From positions 100,380,001 through 100,444,000 of the forward strand of contig NC_087472.1 of assembly GCF_036321535.1 (NCBI RefSeq): a stretch of DNA of 64,000 bases, given 5' to 3'. Below are positions 51,221-64,000 of the stretch, in pieces. The translations under genes and the position numbers were made by a program. Within the stretch, counting starts at the first letter, position 1. Every line of letters begins with the position of its first letter. The notes under the pieces are model-generated. The model was not told where the DNA came from and did not search any database. It saw only the letters and a list, made by a program, of their open reading frames with translations. The stretch comes from Camelus dromedarius (Eukaryota).

Positions 51221-52269
51221 TTAGGTGAATTCCTAGATTGTTTTGTGTGTGTAATTGTTATTGCTTTTAGAAATTGTATCCTTCTCCCCCAACCCATTTC
51301 ATTTTATTATGACTATACTATTGTATAGATAGGATTTTTCATTTTTTTTGTAGGTCTAGCATATTCAAGCCATGTTCCTGAACTTTGATTAGTTCTCATA
51401 GTTTTTCAGTGTTCTTGGATTTTCAAGGTAGACAGTCAAGCTGCCTGCAGATAGCAGTGGTACAGGGACCACTCCCCACCACCAGTGTTTTTTCCTCCTG
51501 TTTACTCTCCTTGGTGGCTCGGCTGCCCTGTGCGGCAGCATTGAGTAGTGTCTGATTCCGGTGGGAATGCTTCTAGCTTACCACTAGGTATTACGCTGGC
51601 TATGGAGTTCTAGTAGTTTCCCCTTATTACTGCCTTTAGGAGGTTTCTTTCCACTTTTGGCTTCTAAACGTTCTAAAGTTTAATTTTAGAATTTCTTGTT
51701 CTGCTTGGAATTATTGTTATTTTTTTAATTGAAAAGCCTAACAGTTTAGAGGTTAGTTAGTCTGCCCGGCTTTGGAGGGTCATGTTTTGATCTCCCTGGA
51801 GGAGAAGATAGTGTAGCAGAAGTCAGTTCGTTTTATTTAGACTAGGAGGAAACTACCTTTGGAGCTTATAAATAATGTTCTCATTTGGTGGGATGCCAGG
51901 TACAGCAAGGATGGGAGAGAAAAAAGGTCTAGTTTATAACAATATGTAGAAATAAGATAGCTTTTTGTGGTGTTTCTCAGACTTTTCTGCCCACCATTCA
52001 CAGTGAGAAGTAGATATCTCAACCCAGTATGAACATGCCTGTATATAATTGAAACAGAATCTCACAAGGTATTATGCATTTTTCCTTTGTGCAATGTATT
52101 CTGAAATTTTCAATTCTCTTCCATCTGTTCTATTTTATTTTAGAATGATGATCATGACCCTCTGAATTGATTTGACACTCTTTCATAAAACACTGTGTTA
52201 TAAAACTGTTCGTTTAGTTTCTAAGCCCCCAAACTGCTGAACTGTATTCAGGACAGATTCATTTTGTAT

Positions 52270-52950
52270 CAGATCCTGTTTTGACATAAGAGAGTTCATT
52301 TATAATATCCTGGGATAATGATAGCTACCCCAGTTTTTCTCTTGAATTACTGTGTAGCCTCTAACCGTCTCCCGTCACCCACCCTTGACCCCACAGCATC
52401 GCCAGTAAAGGCAGTCTTATAAATCCACTGCTCAAAACCTCTAACAGCCTCTACTACACTTAGACTAAATCCCCAGATCCTCCCTGTAGCCTCTAAGGCC
52501 CTGTATGACTTTTTCCCCATTCTTCCCACACTGGTGCAGATATACCAGCCTTCTTGCTATTCGTCACCCAAGCCAAGCATTTGCCTGCCTCCCAGCCTTG
52601 ACATTGACTGTGTTACCTGCCTGGAGCACTGTTTCACCAGATAGTCATGTAACTTGTCCCCATTTCATTTGGGTCTTCTCTGACCCTCATTCTAAATCAG
52701 CATTCCTCACCTACCACTATAAATGTCCACCCTGCCCCCCCCGTTCCACTTTTGTTTTGTTGTAGCACTAATATCTGTAATTATATTATTTAATTATTTG
52801 TTTACTGATTCCATGTCTTTTTTTTCCTGCTAGAATACAAGTTCTAAGAGGGTGGGGACTTTGTGTATCTTGCTCACAGTTGTATTTTCAGGACCTGGAG
52901 CAGTGGGATATAGTAGGTGCCCAGTAAATATTTGTTGAATGGATGAATGC
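52270..52950 (+). mobile_element. L2a 3' region
   Basis: ctagaatacaagttctaagag...gtaggtgcccagtaaatatttgttgaatggatgaatg. Confidence 0.8.
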
Positions 52951-53124
52951 GTGCACCTAGAACCTAGGAAAAATCAGGCACTAATCCTAAGGGAAAGTTA
53001 AAACACTCTGCCTTCCTGTTCAATTTTGGTGGAAATTTATTTTAAGCATAGAATATATTTAATGTAAGCAGTTATTAATCAACAGACATTTGGTATCAAC
53101 TACATTTCTGACTCTGTGATAATA

Positions 53125-53350
53125 ACAATGATAGCTAATAGCTAATATTTATTGGGCAGACAGTGCTCTGACTGATTTACATATATTAACTCATTTAATC
53201 CTCCCAACCTCTCGAGGTAAGTACTATTATCATTTTACAGATGAGGAAACTGAGGCACAGAGAGGTTAAGTACTTTGTCCAAGGTCATACAAATGGTAAG
53301 CAGGAGATCCAGGGTTTGAACACAGATTATCTGATTTCAGAGCCTGTGTT
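53125..53350 (-). mobile_element. MIR SINE (interrupted at its end by an L1)
   Basis: cattttacagatgaggaaactgaggcacagagaggttaag. Confidence 0.9.
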
Positions 53351-53351
53351 T

Positions 53352-53843
53352 GGTTTTTGCATTTTTATTGAAGTATAGTTGATTTACAATATTATATTAG
53401 TTTCAGGTATACAGCATGGGTATCCAATGTTTTTATAGATTATACTCCATTAAAAGTTATTACAAGATAATGACTATAATTCCCTGTGCTACATAATATA
53501 CCTTGTTGCTTATCTATTTTATATATAGTAGTTTGTATCTTTTAATCCCATACCCCTAACTTGCCCCTCCACCCCCTTGCCAGCAGTAACCACTAGTTCG
53601 TTTTCTGTTATCTGTGAGTCTGTTTCTGTTTTGCTATATAATTATTCTGTATTATTTTTTTAGTTTCCACATATAAGTGATATCATATGGTATTTGTCTT
53701 ACTCTGACTTATTTCACTATCAACAGATGAATGGATAAAGAAGATGTGATACACACACACACACACACACACACAATGGAATATTACTCAGCCATAAAAA
53801 GAATGAAACTCTGCCATCTGCAGCAACATGGGTTGATCTAGAG
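53352..53843 (-). mobile_element. short L1 with 5' inversion
   Basis: Antisense 3' UTR 53362-53719 joined to sense segment 53720-53843; degenerate TSD agagcctRtRtt at 53339 and 53840. Confidence 0.8.
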
Positions 53844-53933
53844 CCTATATTCTTAACCACAGTGCTCATAACAACAAGGAGCATACACAATTCATAATCT
53901 TTGTAAACATGTAATGTTTACAGCCTTTGTTTC

Positions 53934-56900
53934 TATAACTGAGCAAGGGCTTGTTTGCCTGTGGCACAGAAAGCCAAACTGATGGCAAGTGTTTGCACCA
54001 AAGTAAGAGTTTATTGCAGGATGCCAAGCAAGGGAGTGGGAGACAAGCCTCAGATCCACTCCAACTTGGTCTTTGGGTTGGGGGCTTTTTTTAAGGGAAG
54101 AACAAAGAGGCTGGAACTAATTATTGTCTTGTGACATTTCTTGCTCTTTTTTGTTTGTTTGTTTTTGTCTTTTGTTGTTGTTGTTGTTGTTGTTGGGGGG
54201 GTAGGTAATTAGGTTTATTTATTTTTAGAAGAGGTACTGGGAATTGAACCCAGGACCTTGTGCATGCTGAGCATGTGCTCTACTACTTGAGCTATACCCA
54301 CCCCCTCTGTGACATTTCTTGATTGTAGTTTTGGGAGTTGAGAAATGTCTGGTTTATGATTCTCTGGCCAGATGGTACATGGCTGAGGGTCTGTTAGCTC
54401 AGCTTTCCCTGGAGAAACAACCTGAGTTTGTACATTAATGATAATTTCCATAATAGCAGTTTTAGTACATTATTGATGTTATTGGCATCTGACTCCTCTT
54501 GATTAGTGTTCAGTTATACTTCACAATAATGTAACATAACAACAAGGAGCTATCTATCTGGGAAGTGAGTCTTAGGCAGTAAATACAGACCTCAATTAAT
54601 AAAACTAGAATTTAATACCCACTGAAACATAATCTTTTTCTCTCTAAAATTTCTCTAATTTCTACCAACTATAACCAAATTAAGAGTAATTTATTTGCAG
54701 AATAAGTCTGCTTATTGACCACATAGGCTCTTTTAATTTGACTGTGCTGGAACTTTTCATAAGGAATCTCAGATCAAACTTTTAAAAGGCCTCTCAAGGC
54801 TGGGAAGGCCATGCCAGAGACTTGCTACAGATTCCACCTGTGGTATCTATAGATTTGGGTGAATTCCTCCATTCTAGAGGTCCCCAAAATATCTTGAGAT
54901 TCTTGCACCTGTCAGGAGGTAACTCCTTATTCACCTGCTAAGGCTGCTGGGAACCTCAGAGTTTTTAATTTCTGGAGGGGTTAGGTAGAGAGAAAAGATA
55001 AATGTTTTCCATTCTGCTTACAAAGGTATAATTTACCAAGTTACTGTAAGCCATAATTAGCTTGAGGGGAAAGGTTTCCTTATATTGGGAAAACACAGAT
55101 TAAAAGCCAGTAATATTTCAGACAAAAACCATAAAAATTATAATCATTTTCACCAGTTTATTTAGTCCTATGTAACGAATTCTTTTCATCAACAATTTTA
55201 TGAAACCATCAGATTTTCCATTAGGATTTGTTAATTTCTTACTAAGTTCAGCAGTATGATCTGAAAGTTTCAGAAACCTATACTTGTCAAAAAGTCCTTT
55301 CATTGAATCTTCTTGAAGATGAAATATAATATATTGATGACTCAAAAGACATGTCTATATTAATTAAACCAACAAACTTAAACTAACTTTAATCCCAGAT
55401 ATTAACTTAATGCTGAATATTTCCCAGAGTATGTGAACCTGAAATTCATTTGGGCTAGTTTCTTTTACATTTCTGAGAATTTATGTAAGTGCTTTATTTC
55501 CTTTAAGTTAATTAAATAGAGTTCATTTACAAATGAATTTGATAATACCACCCAAAGGTAAAGACTCATATTTATAATGCACACATTGACATACATACAT
55601 CCAGAGATATCATAGCTTCATTCTAAAATTTAGCCCTGAATCAGGTATTACAATAAAAAAAGTCACTTATTTATAAGTAACAGTTGGAATAAGTTAAGTT
55701 TAAAAGACCTCTTTTCCCTTTTTTTTCCCTCAGTCTCAGGAATTGGAGATGGTCTAGAAAAGATAGGAGTTTTTGAGAGCCCTGGTCAAACATTTACATC
55801 TCAAGGCACAGAGAAGGAAAAACCAAGTTCCTCCAGAAAGGACTTGTTCCCTTAGGGTCAGAATTCTGAAAAGATGTTTTACCAAGGCAGCAAAACCAGT
55901 TTTGCATTGTCAAATGAGCCTCATCTTGGGCATTTTTCTTCAGGGTCTAAAGAATATTGTGGCCATGCAGTGTTACAAAAAGTTTCATTTTGGCTTTAGT
56001 CATGGAACCGTAAGTAAAGGGGGTCCAATTTTGTAGGATGCATCCTAAAGGACTATTTTTAGGAACTGAACTTTTGTTTCTCATGTCTGCCAATTAAAAT
56101 AGTGCAACTCTAACACCCCCCCTCCCCTGACAAGACAAAAAGAAACCAATTCCAAAAGGTTTAAAGCCAAACCAATTGCAAAAGCAACCTTAGGCTCTTA
56201 CTTTTGGCATACCCAACCCTTTCCTCAATACCCAGCAATGGGCCTAGGAGGCCACCGGTATACAAGGATAAAAGTTTTCAGCCTGCACTGTTGTGCTGGT
56301 TGCTTACCAATAGATATCTTCCAGTCCAAAAACTGTTCCTTTACTGCAGCCTGAAATATTGCCCAGGGTTGCTAATGCTCAGTCAAGAAGGGAATTCCAA
56401 AGCTGGATCCCCAGACCAAAGAGGCCTGGGCAGCTGCTGGATATGCAGAGGGAAAGCTGTACACTGGCAGAAGGCCAGCAGACTACGGGCACTAACCTCA
56501 GAGGAACTAGAGAGGTCTCTTCATGGTCGCCAAATTGTAATCAAGCAAGGTGCTCCATGGCACAGAAAACCAAACCCTGACAGCAAGTGTTTGCAGCAAA
56601 GTAAAGGTTTATTGCAGGATGCCAAGCACGGGAGTGGGAGACAAGCCTCAGACCGCTCCCACTTGATCTTTGAGTTAGGGGTTTTTCTTTTAAAGAGAGA
56701 AACAAAAAGGTTGGGGTTAATCACTGTGGCATTTCTGTGACATTTCTTACTTGTAGTTTCAGGAGTCTGGATGTCTCTGGTTTATGATTCTCTGGCCAGG
56801 TGGTCCGTGGCTTGGGGGCCTGTTAGCTCAGTTTGCTCTAGAGAATAAACCTGAATTTGTACATTAATGATGATGTCTTTAATAGCGATTTTAGTACATT

Positions 56901-57051
56901 AATGATGTTATTAACAACAGCAATTTTAGTCATCTAACTCTGGTTGATTAGTGTTCAGTTAGCACAGGATTGGGGTCAAAAGGGACAAGAAAGGGAATAA
57001 AGTTTTAGATAGAGAAATTAATCATAAACTCAGTAAGGGAACTTAGTTTTA
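53934..57051 (-). mobile_element. internally deleted two-LTR ERV1-type provirus
   Basis: Homologous LTRs ~53934-54515 and 56536-~57051; PBS at 56515-56532 (minus strand TGGCGACCATGAAGAGAC); ~2 kb internal region with no recognisable retroviral ORF. Confidence 0.85.
54144..54307 (-). mobile_element. tRNA-derived SINE (Vic-1-like) inside the proviral 3' LTR
   Basis: TSD tgtgacatttcttg at 54130 and 54308; the other LTR has a single copy of the site. Confidence 0.92.
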
Positions 57052-57062
57052 GTCCCTTAGCA

Positions 57063-57300
57063 TAGTGGGTTTCAACCAGGGCTGATTTTGCCCCCGTGGG
57101 GATGCTTGGCAATGTCTGGACATTTTTGGTTGTCATGACCGGCAGGAGTGGGGGTGCTACTGAGCTCTACTGGGCAGAGGCCAGGGATGTTGCTCAGTAT
57201 TCATCCTGTAATGCACAGGACTCCCCTCTCCACTTCCGTTAGTCCTCAACAAAGAATTATCTGGTCCAAATGTCCATTATGCTGGGGTTGAGAAACCCTG
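57063..57300. mobile_element. MER20 hAT MITE
   Basis: gattttgccccc...ggcaatgtctggacatttttggttgtca...gttgagaaaccctg; perfect 8-bp TSD ccttagca (57055, 57301). Confidence 0.9.
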
Positions 57301-57719
57301 CCTTAGCACAGTAGTTCTGAAAGCTGGCTCCCTATTCAAATGAGTTAGAATAAATAGCGATGTCTAGGTCCAGGGCCTGACCTTAATAAACCGCTAGTGG
57401 ACCTTCAGCATCACCCAGCAATCCAACCACACTTGCATAGTGGGTTTGCCTTTCTGTTCTCCAAAACAGCTGTTTTACACCTTTTATTTCCTCTGTTCCT
57501 CCTACTTCAGCTGCTGACTGTGGCTCATTAGACAGGAACCTCCTCATATTCTCATCACCAAGCTCCCAACATGCCCACATTTGTACAAATACTCACTGCT
57601 CCCCACTGTTACTGTGAAACTGATTGAAATGTCCCCAATGTGTCAAAGACTGGCTTCTTTCCTGGGCTCTGGACTCCTTATCCTCTTTGCCTTCTCAAGG
57701 ATGTGTTCTTTTTTAAAAT

Positions 57720-59300
57720 TTTTAAAAAAACTTCTTGTTTGGAAAGAATTTCAAACTTTACAAATAAGTTACAAAATAAAAATAGCACAGAGAACACTCA
57801 TAGCCTTTAACCGGTTTCATCTATTGTTAACATTTGACCCATTTGATTTATCATTTGCACTCTTGCTCATGCACATGATTTTGTTCCTGAATCGTTTAAG
57901 GGTAAATTATATGCATCATGGCCTTTACTCCTAAGTACTTCAGTATGGATTTTCTAAGAATAAGAATATTCCCTTACATAATCACAGTACTGTTGTCAAC
58001 TTCAGTAAATTTAATATTGATACAATATTTTTGTCTAATCTGCCATTTGCATTCCAGTTTTGAAAACAGACCTGATAACATCCTTTACAGAATTTTTTCT
58101 TCTAGTACAGAATCTGGTCTAGGATTGTTAAGGCATTTAGTTGTCATGTCTCTTAGCCCATTTTAGTCTGGAACATTTCCACAGCCTTTCTTTGTCTTTT
58201 ATGACACTGGCATTGTGGAGGAGGAAAAATCATTTTTCCTCTACCCTTTTAGGCTCTTGGCTGAGACCCCCCCCCCCCCCCCCGAGTTAAAAGACAGATT
58301 AATAGGAGGAAAACAAACCGAGTTTAATAGCATGCATACATGACAGATATCCAGGAAAACTGAGTAGCTCTGAAGTGGCCCAGCCACGACCTTAAATATC
58401 ATCTCCAGCTAAAGACAAAAGATGTTGGCTTGTGGGGGAGACCCCTTATGGGAGTTTACCAGGCAAGGCACAGTAAACAAGGGTGAGGTTGTTATGTACA
58501 TTTAAGGTGGTGCCTTCTCCACTGATGAGTTTCTAGATATTTAGAATCAATCCTTCTCTCTTAGAGTGAGGGAGATTTCCATTATAAATGTAAATGTCTC
58601 TTACAAAAGCATAACTTCTACTGGGTTTTCAGAGTTTCTTTTGTATCTGCTGTTTCTTAAAAATAATCAGCCTAAAATAATCAATATGCCAAAAAGGCAT
58701 ATATTGAGGTGGCATATTCTGCTCCCTTTCAGCATTTAGGTTGAATACAGACCATCTCCCTCTTCTTTTTTAATGGAACATTCCTCATTTTGCGTTTGTC
58801 TGGTATTTCTCATGAGTAGACACAGCTTATGCATTCTGGGCCAGAATACTGGATAGCTGATGTTGTGTGCTTTTCAGGGTATCACATCTGGAGGTCCACG
58901 ATGTCTGGATGTCTATTTCTTCCTCATTGGCAGTGTTAATGTTGATCACCTGGTCAAGGTGTTGTCTAACTTCTCCACTGTGTAGTGACTGGGTTTTACC
59001 TTCCTGCTCAGCAGGCTGTGGGAAGACACAAATAGCTTGCTCCTCCTCAGTATTTCCCACTAGATTTAGCATCCAGTGATGATTTTTGCCTGATCCAATC
59101 TTTAATATGGTAGTTGAAAATAATGATTTTCCAACTCTGGTATTCCCTCCACATTTTCCAGTTGGCCCTCAGCAAGAGCCTTTCCTTTTCCCTCATTTAT
59201 TTGTTTATTTGTGTATTTATTTGGTAAGGACTCATAAACGCCTCCTTTTTTAATGGTTTGTAGATCATTATTTTACTTAATTATTTTGATGCTCAAGTTG
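57720..59300 (-). mobile_element. L1MC-like 3' region, interrupted by an LTR
   Basis: ctttactcctaagtacttcagt...ttctaagaataagaatatt...gatcacctggtcaaggtg. Confidence 0.7.
58214..58731 (-). mobile_element. MER34/MER39-like solo LTR, family B copy 2
   Basis: Reverse homolog of 29030-29580; perfect GCAT TSD. Confidence 0.88.
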
Positions 59301-61350
59301 TGAAGGACTTAATTCTGTTTCCCTTTTTCTTTCCTGCTTTGCCGATCCTCCCTCATTCTTTCCTGAATCATTCTCATCAGCTTACAGTCATGCTCTCATA
59401 TGTGATATCTCCACAGGCTCCACATTGCCCTCCAGCTGCCCCCATGTTTCTAGTCACCCTTCTCAGAGGAACCTCTTAAAAGGCTGCACATTCTTCCTGG
59501 TCTGTCTAATCTAATCAGGGTCGTATCCTGAGTGAGTCTCCTCTGGTCAGTCCTCAGTGAACCCCGTGTTGCCAAATACAGCAGCTGTCCCTTCTCTGAC
59601 TTGTTGTGCTTGACTTTGCAGCAGCAATCGTCAAGTCTAAGTTCCAAGTCCTGCTTTGAACACTTTCTTCTTGTGGCTTCCATTATCCTACACTCTCTTG
59701 GTTTTCCTATTCTTGCTGGTAACTTATTCTAAGTCTTTATTTCTAGCTCCTGCTCAACCTACAAATGTTGGTGTCCCTCTCAGGCACTGGGACTCCCTTC
59801 TCTTCTCTTTTTATGTACTCTCCTGAGAGGACCTACCCAGTCGACGGCTTTACATTTCATCCAGATGCCAGTACCGGCAGCCATGACCTTTCCCATCTCA
59901 AGATTTGCTAATTCATTCTATTAAAAGATTTGTATGTATTCCCCAACCTTTATTGAGGTATAATTGACAAATAGGAATTACATATAATCAAGGTGTACAA
60001 TTTGGTGTTTTTATACGTGTGTACATTTTGAAATGATGACCACACTCAAGCTAACAAGCATATGCATCACCTCACATAGTTACTTTGTGTGTGTGTGTGG
60101 TGGGTGACAACACTTAGGATCTACCCTTCTAGCAAACTTCAAGTACACAATAACTGTACTAACTGTGGTCACCTGGCTATACATTAGATCTCCAAAACTC
60201 ACTCGTCTCCACTCATTTTAAGAAGTAAACTCCAGCCTCCTTAGCATGGCATTCAAACTGCACTACCTCTGTTAGATTAAATATAGAATTGATTTTATTG
60301 TGTAGGGGAAGTTGTCTCAATATCTTTGAGATCTTCATACTGGCTCACAAATACCACTGAGAAATACTAGAAAACAATGTTGATAAATTGACTAATTCTA
60401 AGAATGTTGAAAGTTTTGGGGGAACCTTGAAACATTAAAAGGCTCAGAAATGACAGCTATAGAAATGAAAAGTAGAAGAAAGCACAGGAAAAAATGCTAT
60501 TAAACATTTTGTGCTTTTTAAATATTGAAATTAAAAAATCTTGAAACAAACAAACAAAAAGGCTTAATCCACATGGATCTCTAATAGGCATCTCAAATTC
60601 AGTATTTTCTTGCCATCCACATGCCAAACCTGATTCTCTTGCCATGAGACCCATCCCAGTATATATAGGGAGCACCACCAGCCCAGCTGGTCAAGTTCCA
60701 GCCCTACAAGTTTCCTGCCCTACACCGAACCCAACAATGAATCTTGTGTATCTGGCTTCCAGAGTATATTCCAGATGTTCCCACTTCTCCTCCACTACTC
60801 CACCATTCTTCATTCTGCCACTGTCTCTTTCTTGGATGGTTGTAATGGCCTCCTGTAATCCAGTTCCCATAGGGCAGCTGGAGCATCTTTTTAGAGGCAT
60901 TAATGGGATCATGTCACTCCCCCGCTGGATTATGGTGTTCTGCCATGTTCTGACCCCTGCCCTCCCCTGTTGTGGAGCACACTTCCTCCTATTGATTCTT
61001 CCAGCACATCAAGCTCCTTTTGGTCTTTTACACTAACTGTTCTTCCTGGAATATTCTCTCTGCCCCTCCTCCATCTTTCTCTGGCTGGTTTCTCATCATT
61101 CATACCTCAGTTTAAGTATCACCGCTGATTACTTGGTCTAAAATAGCCACCAAGTCACACCTTCCTATAATTCTCAACACTGCACTTATCATTATATTAG
61201 TTTTCTTGTTTATGTATATATTTATTGTTCCTCTCTCCTTCTCTTCCTCCCTCCACATTGGAACTTGAGCAGCGCCCACACTTTATCCCTAGTGCCTAGA
61301 ATAGTGTTTGGTACAAAGTAGGTGTTCAATTAGATCAATGAATGAATAAA
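59300..61350 (+). mobile_element. L2 fragments with an L1MA-like tail (59947-60210, minus)
   Basis: ggcatctcaaattc...; cctagtgcctagaatagtg...gtaggtgttcaat...aatgaatgaataaatga. Confidence 0.7.
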
Positions 61351-62239
61351 TGAACGATGCATTTAAACTGCCTAACATGATCTCCTGCACATGGAAGAAA
61401 CTCAGTAAATATTCTCTTTCTCCAGAAACTCCTGTTTCTGGGGCTAAGCCTAGAAGCTTCCAGTGAGAACAGTGATCTGATAAACAAATTCATATTTATG
61501 TGGTAGGATCCTAATTATTAGAGTTTCCAGACAAAAGGGAATTACATTTTACCAAGAAAAAAAAAACAGTGATAGAATTCCAAGGATCATCAGTGTCACA
61601 TTTTTTAGTAGGGGACTTTCCTGGCCCTCCTGACTTTTAAGACTGGTTCTCAGATTTTTTTTTTTTTTTTTAACAAATTGACATGTTTACCGTGGGATTT
61701 AAGCATGTAAATTTTCTAAACCCTCTGGATACTCACGAATTGAATATATGCGGAGAGAAGGAGAAAGATTGGGAGGATGTATGCTGAAGTGGTTTCCCTT
61801 TTAGGCATTATTTGAAGATTAGCTGTGGTTTTTGGTAAACTCTTGTAGCAGATTCTATGTGGTATTAAAGCTTCCAGGAACAATCAGTATAAATGAGCTC
61901 AACTAGTGATTTTGTTATCTAGATAATTCACTTTTGACAGAATGTATCAGATGTTTGGGAGTATTTGGAGGAACCATTACCCTTGACACAATAGGATTTA
62001 TGTTTTTTTCATTGGATCAAATACTCATTGTATTCTCATATATGAGTCAAGAGCTGTGTACCATTATTCACTCTCCTGATATTTTATCACCTATGCATCA
62101 TTATTAGTCATTTTCTTTCTAGCAACCATCTCTAGTGAAAGTAGGCAAGTGTGTCAAGCAGCATTTCATGGATATATTTAGAGTCTTACTCTTTGATTTA
62201 TCTGTGAAAGTGGATTAAGTGTGTATACACATATTTTTA

Positions 62240-62715
62240 AAATTTAATTTCTTACTGAAGTACACATTATACACATTATAATACAGCTCTGTGAATTTTC
62301 ACAAACTGCACACACCTCTGTCACCAGCCCCCAGATCAAGAATCAGAACATGAGCAGCTGCCAAAAGCCCCCTTCATGTCTCCTTCTGGTCACTACCACC
62401 CCACAAAAGGAAGTGCTGTTCTGATTATAATGTCATAGGCTCATTTTGCCTGTCCTTGAATTTCATATATATGGTACGCACGGGATATCTTGACTTCTTT
62501 CACTCATTATCGTCTGGGAGATTCATCCATATTGCATTGTGTGTTGCAGTGGCCATAGAGTATTCCATTATATGACTGGACCACAATTTATCCTTTCTAC
62601 TATTGGTGGGCCTTTGGTTTGTTTCCAGTTTGGGGCTTTTATGAATAATGTTGTGAGGAACACTCTTGTACGTATCTTTTGATGAACTCATGTGTGCGTT
62701 ACTACCCAGTAAATG
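62240..62715 (-). mobile_element. old L1 3' fragment
   Basis: cagctctgtgaattttcacaaactg...ccagatcaagaatcagaacat...gtttccagtttgggg. Confidence 0.75.
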
Positions 62716-62716
62716 C

Positions 62717-63238
62717 TGTAAGAAAAACCATTTCCCTCTACTCTTCTAGATTCTTGGCTGAGAGGCCCCCCGCCCCCATAATTAAAAGACAGATTAACAG
62801 GAGAAAAACAAACAAGTTTAATAAAATGTGTATCTCCTGTATACATGGGAGAGACCTAAGGAAACTGAGTAACTCCCCCAAATGGCCCAAGCCTCTCCAG
62901 CTAAAGAGAAAAGATTTTTTGGAGAGGGGAAGCCAGTTATGGGAGGTTACCAGGAAAAGCACAGTAAACAAGGGTAAGGTAATGCAGATTTAAGTCACTG
63001 CCTTCTCCATTGATGAGTTTCTAGAGATTTAGAGTCATCCTTCTCTTCCTGGTACTTTGAGGGAGACACCCTTACAAATGGAGATTTCCCTCATACATGT
63101 AAATGTCTCTTCCAAAAGGATAACTTCCAGTTGGTTTTCAGAGTTTCTCCTGTGTCTGCTGATTCTTAAAAATAATCAGCCTCAAATAAGCCTTATGTCA
63201 AAGAGACATCTTAGTGTGTCATATTCTGTTCCCCTTCA
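62717..63238 (-). mobile_element. MER34/MER39-like solo LTR, family B copy 3
   Basis: aaaagacagattaacaggagaaaaac...gagacacccttacaaatggagatttcc...attctgttccccttca. Confidence 0.85.
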
Positions 63239-63525
63239 ATATCTGAAAGAATGCTTTAAATATATTTCTGCTCATAGTTGTCAATTATTTTCTCCTCTGA
63301 GTACGATTGGGATTAGTAGCCACCTCTGGATAGACTCACATATCTGTATCGATATACAATGTGAGGCTTTTTATTCATAACTTGAATTAAGTTTTAGCAT
63401 CAGTTGTTTTTCTACTTCAATTTTTTCTAAGAGTCTGTTTCTGTGTTCATTTATTCCTTTACCAGCTACCCGTATCAAAATGTCATTTTTAAGTACCTTC
63501 AGAATTTTGGCTTTTCTTTTGCTGC

Positions 63526-63528
<3 letters not shown>

Positions 63529-63567
<39 letters not shown>
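63529..63567. repeat. (CA)n microsatellite
   Basis: Direct reading of the sequence. Confidence 0.95.
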
Positions 63568-63570
<3 letters not shown>

Positions 63571-64000
63571 TTATTTTGAAATGAAAAACACTCCTAGGAC
63601 TGTCAAATGTATTTTGCAGATATTGAGGCAAAGGTTTGCCCTCCTGAAGAGTCTTGGAATGGTATAGGCTTATTAAGCTCTGATTCCTAATTTTGCCAAG
63701 GGGGGAAAAAGGGAAGAACGAAGTAAATGAAAGAGGTCTTGAAAAACTAAAGTATGCTTTATTTTGTTGTGATTACACCCAGTTTTGCTGGTTGACACTA
63801 TTATCTCCCTTTGTCCCCAGTTGCATTAATTTATTCCTTTCAGCAAATCTGAAGTTAATTCGACAAACTGAATAGAGCAAATATAGCCTGAAATCGAGCA
63901 AATAACTCCCAGTTGATTTTGGTAGGAGACAGTCGCTGAATACTCTTTACGCAGAGAACACTTAGCGAATAGTGTTATCTTTGGCAGTGCTTTTTTAATG

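Noticed and set aside
56204..56740. 178-aa ORF in the provirus
   Set aside because: Antisense to the element, crosses the PBS/LTR boundary, and has no gag or pol motifs.

Overview
Mammalian genomic DNA, most likely a camelid, judged by five copies of a tRNA-derived SINE resembling Vic-1. No intact protein-coding exon can be supported. The window is mostly intergenic and intronic sequence packed with L1, L2, MIR, MaLR/ERV LTRs and hAT MITEs. A CpG-island promoter (~46.25-47.5 kb) holds a non-coding first exon ending in a canonical donor (CAG|GTAAGC at 46804/46805) for an unidentified + strand gene; the rest of the window is probably its first intron. The most notable element is missing from the ORF track: a decayed but apparently full-length hAT transposase frame at ~20863-23312 (+). 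It is colinear with my recollection of KIAA1586 and is interrupted by a MER58 element and a tiny L1 tail. Other highlights are a deleted two-LTR ERV1-type provirus with a tRNA-Arg PBS (53.9-57.05 kb), a solo LTR carrying clustered IRF/NF-kB-like motifs, a twin-primed L1, and candidate 3' transductions. Family names come from recalled consensus sequences, not database searches, and boundaries of old repeats are approximate. I see no convincing novel multi-gene system.
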